64,000 nucleotides of DNA. Origin: Mytilus edulis (lineage: Eukaryota). How positions within the stretch are numbered: the stretch's first letter is position 1; each line of letters opens with the position of its first letter. A program made the translations under genes and the position numbers. The notes under the pieces are model-generated. The model had not been told where the DNA came from. It made no database searches and was given only the letters and a program-made list of their open reading frames with translations. The DNA lies in contig NC_092353.1 in assembly GCF_963676685.1 (NCBI RefSeq), forward strand, positions 53,692,001 through 53,756,000, written 5' to 3'. This document shows positions 1 to 11,666 of this stretch, piece after piece.

Positions 1-116
1 TTTGGTGGGAAGTTAATGTTACTCTAGAATCTGTCAGTTAAATGACCATTTTTAGATAACGATTTGAATAGTATGACAAAGTTTTAATTTAAGAGCATAC
101 AATCTATTGTAGGATT

Positions 117-1790
117 ATGGCCACCAATTGGAATGTTTGTGGTGTTTGTGAAAATCTTCAGATTACCAAACCTTCAGTAGTATGGTGTTCCGAATGTGAC
201 GAAGGACTATGTGGAGAGTGTAAGAATCATCATGCAGTGTCCAAGGGAACAAAAAGCCATGAAACCATTTCTATCGCCGAATACAAAAACTTACCCACCG
301 AGGTCCTGCAAATCTCGCAGACCTGCAAACTTCATAATGAGAAATACCAGCTGTTCTGTACAAAACACGATTGTCCATGCTGTAAAAAATGTGTGAAATC
401 TCACAACGATTGTAAAGGTTTAACTGACATTAATGAACTCATAAAAAACGTCAAAACTTCAAACGCATTAAATGAAATCGAACAAACCGTGCAGGAAGTC
501 GTCGACAATATTAAACGACTAAGCACAAACAGGAATGAAAATTTAAAATCTATAGAAAACAAGAAAAGAGAAATTGAAGCAGAAATAAAACAAACCAGGA
601 TACAAGTAAATCACCACCTTGATAAACTTCAGGATGACTTAATTAAAGAATTACTGAGAGTTGAACAACACGAAAAAAGCAAAATAGAAAACTTGCTGAC
701 TACCCTGACAAAAAAGGAAAAAGAGATGACTGAAGTACAAGAAAACTTTGCCACTATTAAACAACATGCGTCCGAACTTCAAACATTTTTAACCATGAAA
801 GATATCGAAAAACATATTGTAGGTGACGAAAAGTATATTCAATCGATTACTACGAATGACTCCACACATCAAGTCAATATTTCATGTCAGATTAATAAGT
901 TTTTACAGCAAATAACAGCCAACGTGCAGAAGTTTGGAGAAATTAATGTCAAGTCTGATCCATGTGATTTTTCCGTTCAGAAAAGGAAGGACAGACAAGC
1001 CCAGATTATGGTAGCTCTTCCAACCAACAATATTGATAACCTGACTCTGACATTACAGAATCGTATCGATACAAAGTTGTCACGTGTCTTTGGCTGTTCA
1101 CTGCTTCCTGATTGTAGGATGGTATTCTCTTATAATGACGATAAAATAAAAGTATTTAAGTCTGACGGATCAAAAGATTTCGAAATAAAGGACATTGGTA
1201 AAACGTTTGATGTGGAATTTATTGGTGATGATTCTATTGCTGTTACATCCGGCGAGTCAAACAAGATTAATATCTTCGACTTAAAGACTCACAAACTGAA
1301 GAAATCGATAAAAGTTGATTCATACACTGGTGGAGTAACATACAAAAATGGACATTTAATATATTGTGCCAGAGAAAAAGGAATACAGATGCTCAGTTTA
1401 AATAACGGAACCATTACCAATGTGAGCAGTACCAAACTCCATGACTCGGCGTACGTAACAACATTTGGTGACAAACTGATCTACACAAATTCGAACAATC
1501 ACAGTGTAAACTGCTGTGACTACCATGGTAACATACTGTGGACGTTCTGTGATGAAAGTGCTCTGCAATGTCCAGCAGGTATATCTGTAGACAATGATGG
1601 TAACGTGTATGTAGCGGGGTATTATACTGACAACGTTGTCGTTATCTCTCCTGATGGACAGCGCTGCAGACAAATTCTCACATGTGAAGATGAGTTTAGC
1701 GAGCCATGGACTCTGCATTATGACACATCGACCAATGAATTGTTAGTTGCTAATGAATCCACTGGAGCATTTTTGTATGATGTTAAATGA
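117..1790 (+). CDS. RING-less TRIM-like protein: two B-box-type zinc fingers, coiled coil, C-terminal NHL-like beta-propeller (copy A, 557 aa)
   Basis: Intact ORF. CGVC...CSECDEGLCGECKNHH and CKLH...FCTKHDCPCCKKCVKSH B-box-like motifs, heptad-rich aa ~105-240, NHL-type repeat PAGISVDNDGNVYV. A splice acceptor-like ttgtag lies 4 nt before the ATG. Confidence 0.9.
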   Translation: MATNWNVCGVCENLQITKPSVVWCSECDEGLCGECKNHHAVSKGTKSHETISIAEYKNLPTEVLQISQTCKLHNEKYQLFCTKHDCPCCKKCVKSHNDCKGLTDINELIKNVKTSNALNEIEQTVQEVVDNIKRLSTNRNENLKSIENKKREIEAEIKQTRIQVNHHLDKLQDDLIKELLRVEQHEKSKIENLLTTLTKKEKEMTEVQENFATIKQHASELQTFLTMKDIEKHIVGDEKYIQSITTNDSTHQVNISCQINKFLQQITANVQKFGEINVKSDPCDFSVQKRKDRQAQIMVALPTNNIDNLTLTLQNRIDTKLSRVFGCSLLPDCRMVFSYNDDKIKVFKSDGSKDFEIKDIGKTFDVEFIGDDSIAVTSGESNKINIFDLKTHKLKKSIKVDSYTGGVTYKNGHLIYCAREKGIQMLSLNNGTITNVSSTKLHDSAYVTTFGDKLIYTNSNNHSVNCCDYHGNILWTFCDESALQCPAGISVDNDGNVYVAGYYTDNVVVISPDGQRCRQILTCEDEFSEPWTLHYDTSTNELLVANESTGAFLYDVK

Positions 1791-1929
1791 TTAGAAATAA
1801 GGAGTGCTTTTTCCAGAATTCTAATTTTTTTTTTTGTTGATCTCGATTACTAACATCATTTAAAAGGAATAATACTAATTTTGTGTGATCTAATTTGGAT
1901 TCGTTTAAAGTTATTTTAATCAAGTATTT

Positions 1930-3197
1930 CAAGTGAGCTTTTCCAACCACTTTGCGTCCGTCGTCCGTCGTCCGTCGTCGTTAACTTTTACAAAAATATT
2001 CTCCTCTGAAACTACTGGGCCAAATTAAACCAAACTTGCAATTGACCACAATCATCATTGGGGTATCTAGTTTAAAAAAATGTGTCCGGTGACCCTGCCA
2101 ACCAACCAAGATGGCCGCCATGGCTAAAAAAGAACATAGGGGTAAAATGTACATTTTGGCTCATAACTCTAAAACCAAAGCATTTAGAGCAAATCTGACA
2201 TGAAGTAAAATTGTTTATCAGGTCACGATCTATCTGCCCTGAAATTTTCAGACAAATCGGACAACCCGTTGTTGAATTGCTGCCCCTGAATAAGTAATTT
2301 TAAGGAAATTTTGAAGTTTTTGCTTATTATCTTGAATATTTTTAGATAGAGATAAACTGTTAACAGCAATAATGTTCACCAAAGTAAGATCTACAAATAA
2401 GTCGACATGACCAAAATTGTCAGTTGACCCATTAAGGAGTTATTGCCCTTTATAGTCAATTTGTAACCATTTTTTAAAAAATTTAGTATTCTTTTAGAAA
2501 ATCCTCTTCTCTGAAACTACTGAGCCAAATTTAACCAAACTTGGCCACAATCATCATTTGGGTATCTTGTCTTAAAAATGTGTGGCGTGACCCTGCCAAC
2601 CAACCAAGATGGCCGCTATGGCTAAAAATAGTACATAGGGGCGAAATGTAGATTTTGGCTTATATCTCTGAAACCAGCGCATTTAGAGGAAATCTGACAG
2701 GGGATATATTGTTTATCAGGTCAAGATCTATCTCCCCTGAAATTTTCAGACAAAACAGACAACCTGTTGTTGGGTTGCTGCCCCAGAATTAGTTATTCTA
2801 AGGAAATTTTGTAATTTTTGGTTATTATCTTGAATATTATAATAGATAAAGATAAACTGTAAACAGCAATAATGTTCAGCAAAGTAAGATCTACACATAA
2901 GTCAGCATGACCAAAATTGTCAGTTGACCCATTATGGAGTTATTGTCCTTTATAGTCATTTTTTAACAATTTTCATAATTTTTTGTAAATTTTTGTAAAT
3001 TTTTAGAATATATTTTCCACTGTATTTACTGGGCCAAGTTCATTATAGATAGATATAATTGTAGCAAAAAGCATGTCCAGTAAAGTAAGATCTACAAACA
3101 CATCATGATCACCAAATCACAATTTTGTCATGAATTTATCTGTGTCCATTGTTTAATATGCACATAGACCAAGGTGAGCGACACAGGCTCTTGAGAG
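1930..3197 (+). mobile_element. Non-autonomous Helentron-associated (HINE/DINE-like) element with two internal ~500 bp core repeats
   Basis: caagtgagc head, (cgtc/cgt)n microsatellite, core starting tcttctctgaaactact repeated at ~2000 and ~2505, aaggtgagcgacacaggctcttgagag tail. Same family at 28688 and 31151. Confidence 0.7.
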
Positions 3198-3582
3198 TGT
3201 TACTAACTGGATGTTTCTGTTTTGGCCCCATCATAGATTCGAGTTTATTTGTATTGAACCAGAATCCTGAAGACAGCTTATCGAGAATCTAGAGACAAAT
3301 ATTAGAGAAAATATTAACTACTTACGATTCATTATAATTTATAGGTACACGTTTAGGTGAACTACGTTGGTATAAATAAACAACGAAATAACATTTTCAA
3401 CAAGGTTTATATTTGTAAGAATTAAACTAAAATTTGAAGAAAACGCGAAATAGAATTGAGATGTGGGATATATGGTAATGAGACAAGAACCCAACGTCGA
3501 CAAGATACACTATAAATACACCACCAGACATTGAACATGAATAAAACAAAATGGTGGGTCTATGTAAGTGAGACAACAATCC

Positions 3583-4690
3583 GTGGCATGATTGTCAATC
3601 AGAAGATGTGGTATGATTGTCAATCAGAAGATGTGGTATGATTGTCAATCAGAAGATGTGGCATGATTGTCAATCAGAAGATGTGGTATGATTGTCAATC
3701 AGAAGATGTGGCATGATTGTCAATCAGAAGATGTGGTATGATTGTCAATCAGAAGATGTGGTATGATTGTCACTTAGGAGACTTGGCTTGATTTTCAATA
3801 ATGAGATGTGGTACGATTTTCCATAATGAGATGTGGTATGATTGGCAATAAAGAGATGTCGTAATTGTAAATATAAATAAATAGTAAGATGTGATTTGAT
3901 TGTCAATAAGAAGATATGGCAGGATTGATAATGAGTATGTGTGGCTAGATTGATAGTTATAAGAGACCGTAAACCAAAGACAACATATAATGAAAAGAAT
4001 CAAATGAATATGAATATAAGACGTTGTATGATTGCCTTTAAAAAGATACATTCTATGGGTATAATTGATAGTTAGGAGAGGCAGTAACGATTGTCAAAAA
4101 GCTGATGTGGCTTTAATGTTATTAAGGAGATGTTGTCTATTAATCATTAGAGAGATGTAGTTTAAAGGTCAGTGAGAGATGTGACTTGATGTCAATAAGG
4201 AGATGTGGCTTGCAGTTTTATAAGGAGAAGTGGCTTGATTGTCAATCAGGAGATGTGGTTAAATTGTCAATAATGATATATGGCTTGAAGCTCAATGAGG
4301 AGATGTAGCGCCAAGGTCAATAGGGAGCTGTGGCTTGTTATTCGATAAGGAAATGTGGCTTGAAAGTGAATAAGGATATGTTGATTCATTATCATTGAGG
4401 AGCTATGGCTTGATTTTCAATAATGAGATATGGATTGTAGGTCAATACGGAGACGTGGTTTCATTATCATTTGAGAGATGTGACTTGACTGTCAATAACG
4501 AGATGTGGCTTGATTGGCAATAAGGAAATGTGACTTGTTTGTCAATAAAGACATGTGGTATGATTGTCAATAAAGCAAAGTGCTTAGATTTTCAAGACAT
4601 ACATGTAATTAGGAAAATGTGGTATGATTGTAAATAAAAAGACGTGGTTTAAGTGTAAATAAATAGACTTGGTTTGAGTGTAAATATTAT
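3583..4690 (+). repeat. 25 bp minisatellite (gtggtatgattgtcaatcagaagat)n, near-perfect 3583-3772 then degenerate
   Basis: Directly visible tandem units. Confidence 0.9.
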
Positions 4691-5891
4691 TTGGTTTAAA
4701 AAAAAAAGACGAAAGATACAAAATGGACATTCAAACTCATTAATCGAAAACAAACTGATCATGGCATAGCTAAAAAAAGGAAAAAGACCAACAGACGTAA
4801 ATTCTAACCGAATGGCCTACATTTCACATAACCTGATTCTCTAAACAATCACTCGAACAAGCTTGAAATAAAATTACACTTAGTTTAATGAAAACATAGA
4901 TGAATTTTCAAAAACAGCTTCTTATTGAATTTGACATTCATTTTAATTCTACGACTTAAAATAATAACAATATCTAAAACAAAAAGACTATTATTAAAGC
5001 TAAATTAATGATCTACTGACATTTTCATTTTGCTAGCTTTACAGGTAGCCTGTCAGTTATGTGTTATGCTATTACCAGTTATTTTAGAAACCTTAATTGA
5101 AATTATTTCTTTGTGACATCCAGTAATACATTCCTATGTGTGACACACCAACCATTTCATCATGCTAAGTGAAAATTAGCAAAAGGAAATTAACAAAAAA
5201 TACCTGTCTCCGAGGAACATTCAAAAGAAAGTCCGTAATCAAAGGGCATAATCAAAAGCTCAAACACTTCATGAAAAACAACTGTCATATTCCTGACGTG
5301 GTACAGGGCTTGTTTTAAAGCTAGCTAAACCTCTTACTTTATGACAGTCGCATCACAAGAAGCTTGTCTGTACTCTAAATCATCTCTTAAAAAAATCTTC
5401 ACGCTAAGAATCCTTTTATTACTTTTGAAACTGTCTAAAATATTATACTTGCCCTCTTTTGCTTTTTTATCATGTTTTAAAGTAGCTTTATATCACTGAA
5501 TATAATCAATTGTATATTCTGTAACTATATCTACAGATAGATAGACAAATACTATTATACAAATATTTTAAAGATACGAGCGAAAAATTATATAAAAAAA
5601 CACACTGTTTATCAACGCTTAATTATGTAACATGTTTCAATTTTATTTTATATCAATTATTTAATGAAATTTTTGTGATATTATATAGTTGTGTATGCAG
5701 TTGAACCGTTCGTAAAGTAATTCGAACAAAACGATAAAATTATAATTTCATTTATTTCCAAGTGACATTTTATTCTTATTATCTTTATGTTAATTGGATT
5801 GAAACATATTATTTTGAGATTATCACATAAGGTTTTGATACATGAAAATTACGTGTAATGCAAATTGATCAATTAGAACACATATTTATAC

Positions 5892-6488
5892 AAAATCTAA
5901 AGGAATTTCGTGATAGGAAAATAAACGGAAAATATTCAGCATAATTTGAATCATGCAAAATGCAAAGTGAAACACATTTTGTGTGTAAACCGGTCAAAAC
6001 AAATCAAAAGATCGATGAAACTTGTTGTCTATTCTCCCCACCCCCCTCTCCCCCCCCCCCCCCAAAAAAAAAGTATGCATGTAGTAACATGTAATTTTTC
6101 TTTCGAAACATCAGATTCAAAACTAGATTATCCCTTCCCTGCGTACAATTTTACCAGAAGTTAAGGAAGATATTGATGATGATGATAAAAAATCTAAAGG
6201 AATTTCGTGATAGGAAAATAAACGGAAAATATTCAGCATAATTTGAATCATGCAAAATGCAAAGTGAAACACATTTTGTGTGTAAACCGGTCAAAACAAA
6301 TCAAAAGATCGATGAAACTTGTTGTCTATTCTCCCCCCCCCCTCTCCCCCCCCCCCCAAAAAAGTATGCATGTAGTAACATGTAATTTTTCTTTCGAAAC
6401 ATCAGATTCAAAACTAGATTATCCCTTCCCTGCGTACAATTTTACCAGAAGTTAAGGAAGATATTGATGATGATGATGAAAATCTAAA
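5892..6488 (+). repeat. 297 bp direct tandem duplication
   Basis: 5892-6188 repeats at 6189-6488, differing mainly in the poly-C/poly-A tract. It produces twin spurious ORFs at 5946 and 6243. Confidence 0.9.
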
Positions 6489-7329
6489 TAAGAATATCTT
6501 GTGTCTTAAATTTTATTTTTTTTTGTGATATTTTTCAAATAGATTTTGTTTGAAATAAAAGGTACAAAATGGCACTACATAACAAATATAAGTTTGAAAG
6601 ACACATTTATGATAGGAAAAACGGAATACAGTTAATCAGCTTTCTTCTGAACTCAACGGACAAACTTGAATTGAAAAAAGAACACCGAACAAAAAAGCCG
6701 GAAGTGATATCATTCGTGTCATGTAAAAATATGAAAGCGCATTGTTTTAGCAAAATCCATTTGCACCCTCAAACAATAAAATTATTTCATTAATGCATGC
6801 ACAAGTGAAATTAATCGTGTTAATTATAACGTTCATAATTATTTTTTTTTAATCATAAAATGTTTAGTATCATAGATGGTGGGTGCATATCTCTGGACCC
6901 ACCTAACGAAATTAAGTAAGTCTTTTTTATGTCCTTTTTGGTCTTCACTTGTTTTTTTCTTATACATCCTGGGCTTTCTATTTAATAGTTGTAAGCGTTT
7001 CAAATTTAGAGAAGAGCTTTGGAAGCGTTATATTGGTACACTTAAGGTTACATCAAAATTCATTTTTATAGCTCCGGATATAGTTCTCTACTGGATGTGG
7101 TTTTATTCCCGCAGGTTTCATCAACCTAGTGGTCATTATCTCTTTACTGATTTTTTTTACAACATATATTTTTTTAATTCAATTTGTCTGTTCAAAAAAT
7201 TAAACAATTCCTATGTTCCCTAATGACTGTTTTTTTTTTTTTTAAATATTTAAATTTGATTTATATTTTTATTTCTTTTGGTTTGAGGATTACTCATGGA
7301 GGTAATCGGACGTTTTATTTGTATAACGC

Positions 7330-7620
7330 GTAATTTCAATATAATTATCATTGATATTGTTATATTTATAAATTAACTGTTAACAAATTTTTGATTTTTT
7401 TGAAATACTAAGGCATTACTACCTCAGGCATAGATTACCTTAGCTGTATTTGGCAACACTTTTAGGAATTTTGGATCTCAATGCTCTTCAACTTCGTACT
7501 TTTTTTGGTTTTTTTTTTTACTTTTTTGGATTCGAGCGTCACTGATGAGTCTTTTGTAGACAAAACGCTCGTCTGGCGTATATATAAAATTTAGTCCTGG
7601 TATCTTTGATGAGTTTATTT
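7330..7620 (+). mobile_element. Solo retrozyme/Penelope-type repeat with a mutated minimal type I hammerhead (7536-7579)
   Basis: gcgtca-CTGATGA-gtct tttgt agac-AAAA-cgctcgtc-tggcgt. The conserved GAAA reads AAAA and stem III is disrupted. Confidence 0.7.
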
Positions 7621-8004
7621 CCAATGAAGTTGCTAGCGTCCTTTTTTGTTCTTTGGACAAAATAATTTAACACTTAAAAAAGAATGAACTTCACAACAAA
7701 CTTGAACAGCTGTTCCACAACCATTATTAGGGATTATAGTTTAAAAACGTGTATGATAACACCACCTCTCAACTAAAAAGACCAACATTGCTTAAAATGA
7801 TTATTAATCTATAATTTTTGAAAGAAATAGATGACATCTGACAGGGGTACATGTAAAATATGTTCAGAACGTTAAGATCTACCCACTGTCGGTTTATGTC
7901 AATACTGTCAGACGACTTCTTGGAAGAGTAATTATCCCCGGATGTTGACTGTATCGATTATTATTATGCATATTATCTTTAAAAATTTAATGATAAACTT
8001 TATA

Positions 8005-8253
8005 ATATGTGTAATCACATAAGCAACACGACGGGTGCCACATGTGGAGCAGGATCTGCTTACCCTTTCGGAGCACCTGAGATCATCCCTAGTTTTTGGT
8101 GGGGTTCGTGTTGTTTATTCTTTAGTTTTCTATGTTGTGTCATGTGTACTATTGTTTTTCTGTTTGTCTTTTTCATTTTTAGCCATGGCGTTGTCAGTTT
8201 GTTTTAGATTTATGACTTTGACTGTCCCTTTGGTATCTTTCGTCCCTCTTTTA
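8005..8253 (+). repeat. Interspersed repeat (probable retroelement 3' end)
   Basis: Near-identical inverted copy at 48718-48960; degenerate copies near 4705, 36200 and 52860. Confidence 0.75.
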
Positions 8254-10459
8254 TAACAGACAGACAAGATCTACATACAAATTTCACATGGCAAACATCA
8301 TCAGACGACTCCGTATTGGATTTATAGACCTTTTATGACGAATTCTACCATTTCCTCATTTTTAATATTGATATCTTACAAAAAATTTTCACTTGTTATA
8401 TTACACGTAAATAAAAAAAAATCTTAGCCACAACAATCATCATGGTATATAATTTTAGAAATGTGTACGGTAACCACGCGTGTCAGCCATCATAGGCGAA
8501 TTACAAAATATTATTTTTTTTAAATATTTTATTCCTGTTATGTCCATTATCTCAAAATCTGAAGTAGAATTTTCAAAAAGGCAAAATATGGGCAAGATGA
8601 GATCTACACATATTCTTACATGACTGAAGTTGTCATGATAGAGTTATTCACCTTTAATGCTGAATTTTACTAAAACAAATGAGCTTTGTTGAAGTTAAAG
8701 GGTACCAATGCAGGCTCTTTAGAGTCCCTATTTACAAATTTGAACTGCCCTGCTGCTCAAACCAGTGCAAACGTGTACCGTTGATAATATGCATTTCATG
8801 ATGTCGAATATGACGAAAAAAGAATATAGTTTGGCTTTGAGAGTCAAACAAATTATCTTCGAGGACAATAGTCTAAAACGTTCCACCATATCACATGAAA
8901 CTCCATAAAATGAATTAAACTAATAATATTCCCAACTCTTTATTCGATTCTCACAAGAAGAGTTTGCTCGAAATAATTGTAATTGAATAGTTTGACTAAA
9001 TCTTACTACCTGTGTTTAAAGGATCTACGAAGTTAAAAAAAATCTTTTATTAAACTTTTGTTCTTATTCTTATGTTTTGGTTTATATGACTGTAAAAACA
9101 TAATTGGCGAAGAAAAAATCATATGGTGGTGCACTTCTTTGTTTGGTATGACTCTTTGAAAATACCCAATTTTGATGATTTTCACATTTTTCATTAATGT
9201 TTACCTATATTTGGGCTATAATCGTGAAAAAAATAACAGTTCCACAATTAAACTTTGTTTTATACTTTCAATAAAGATAAAGTGGACCAAGCTCAATAAA
9301 TTTAATTTAAATAAATTATAGTTAACATGGTTAAGTGTTAATATAAGAAAGTTTTATCATACTTTGATGCTTTTTGTGTCAAATTTACCATGCTGTCAAT
9401 TTTGTAAATTTGTGATTTTTCTCAGTTTTAAGAACAATATGCATATTATTTAGATTTTTTTTTGTTATAAAAGACTAAAAAAATACATATCAAAGAAATT
9501 TGAATAAACAAGAATGATATGGGATGTACATGATTCTTGAAAAATCATTTTGTGTATCCCTCACCCATTTCTCAAATTTGGCAAAAAAGACTGACTTGAT
9601 TGGTCGTAAACATTGTAAACTGGATTACTCAAAAACTATTCATTGTGAATACACAATATTTTCACAGAGTTATGTTTGATTAATTTCTTTTTTTGAAATT
9701 CATTGATATGTTTCACTATAGTATCGCATGTTTTGGAAATAATTCCAGAGATTTCAACGAGACTGAAACGTCAGAAGAATGTCCATGAAGAAATATCATA
9801 AAAAAATGTGGTGCACACTGAATAAGCCATGTTTATGTTATTTCAAATACGCAGAAAAACTATTACAGTAATTCCCTTTAGTTTAATTCATAATTTCCTT
9901 TTAATCCAGAGTAAATCATGAAAAAACGTTATTGACGTCAATTATGTCAACTCTATGAGCTGATAAACAAAACAATGTCAGCCAATTAAATTCTTATACT
10001 ATGAAAAGAAGTTGGTAACATGCATTTAGATTAATAAGCCAACCATAAGTTTACATTAATTTCGTTCAAAACAAGATCATAATATAGCATTCTTGATATA
10101 ACGCACGTAACAAGTCATTCGAATAAGTCTTCGTCGGAATATTTAAAATAAAAGTCAGATTCTCCAAATATCCAAAATATTTGGGAATAAACGTTTCGCT
10201 AGAAATATTGTGCATGCCATAAACATCCTTCGTCATCTTTGAATTTATGAATGAACGTTAAGCGCGTAAATTTGTAATATAAAATCAATTTTGCCGTTTA
10301 CTTTTCTTTTCTTTTAATAAAGCGTTATCATATACATGATATGTCATAGGTTATCTTTTCGAATTGTCCAACAAGAGAAACTTGAGTTTGAATTCTGAAT
10401 AAATATGTAATGTGTGAACTGGCTCGGCTGTCAATGATCACCAAGTAAATTTGGTCAAC

Positions 10460-11666
10460 ATGTTTACGCAAGCATATTTCTATTATATACTTTGCCTGTC
10501 GTGTGTACGTGTTGTAGAAGGGGATTGTGATCGCGATGCTGGACCAAGTTGGTTTACTACTGAATGGGGCACATGTCTTACAGATGTATATAAGCAAGAG
10601 AAGTTGGGAGGAAAATATAATTGCAGATATAGCACAAGAACATATTGTTACTACCAATGCATGATAGAACTTCATGACGTTGAGTGGGGATCAGTGTAAG
10701 ACGATTGTAAATGCGAAAATGGCCAGGATTATACAGAGTCTAATTTGACCTAACCCTCGCGGTGATACAGCCCTTTAGGAGTAGACTGTTCTTGGTATCG
10801 GGATTGTTTATAGAGAAAGTTTAAATGCAACGGAACAGAAGTCGACTATGCTATGGCGTTTGCTACAACATTTTGTAATTTGTATTCACAAAGTTATCAA
10901 GATTTTTCACAGGAGGGACAACAGTGGATAGACGCCATCAGGAAATGTCTGCCATTTTTTTTAGTGCAAACTCTTCGTCCTTACCTATCTTTCAAATGTA
11001 AGGATGTGAAGCGTATAGCGTTTGATTCTCACGCTGTGTGCTATTTTCACCAAATTCTTGAGTCTCCTTCAATTTCCATTTGCAATCTTGGTGCATCAAA
11101 TTACTTCACCGTATTTTTGACAATTCAATCAAACTTAAGAACGTCGAAAGATTCGTCACTTTAAATAATCAGAAGCATGTTCGAAAAATTTAAAACAATG
11201 CGCTATATCTTTTCTTCCCAGGTTTTTTTTTTTGTTGATGGACCCGTTCGATCAGTGAAACTGAAGTTGAAATATTTATTTATTTTTGGTAGGCGCCGAC
11301 GATCAAATTCGAATAATAAAAAGACAAATTGATTTCGTTGATTCCATGGCGTACAAACTTTACTTGCAAGGGAAACGGAGTTCTTTGGTTTTCTTATCCT
11401 GAAATAAACTCAAACATTTCTGCTTCAAGCGAAACGTATATCGATGTTTTTTGTAACTGACCGAAATGTTTATGATCTAAACGCAAAAAAAAACCCAACA
11501 GTACCACCCAATCTTAACACTACAGTAAACGAGTTAAAGAAAATGACACAAACGGGCGATCTCAGTGGCAACATATGTGGTTTGTCTATCAAGATTCTAA
11601 CATCTCGAGGATGCTTAGATGCAAGCTGTGACACATTGTTATTCAATGTAACTGCAAATGATAACG
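10460..11666 (+). pseudogene. Pseudogene, main exon: signal peptide, Cys-rich module, stanniocalcin-like helical domain, RRRR site, juxtamembrane domain
   Basis: MFTQAYFYYILCLSCVRVVEG signal peptide. The frame continues through in-frame stops (10697, ~10751, ~10764, ~10811, 11162) as DCSWYRDCL*RKFKC...YAMAFATTFC...GQQWIDAIRKCL...CKDVKRIAFDSHAVCY. Frameshifts at ~11190-11380; donor G|GTATGT at 11666/11667. Confidence 0.75.

Noticed and set aside
8007-8256. Small hydrophobic ORFs (also 48712-48936, 56649-57261)
   Set aside because: Incidental frames in high-copy repeats or retrozyme units.
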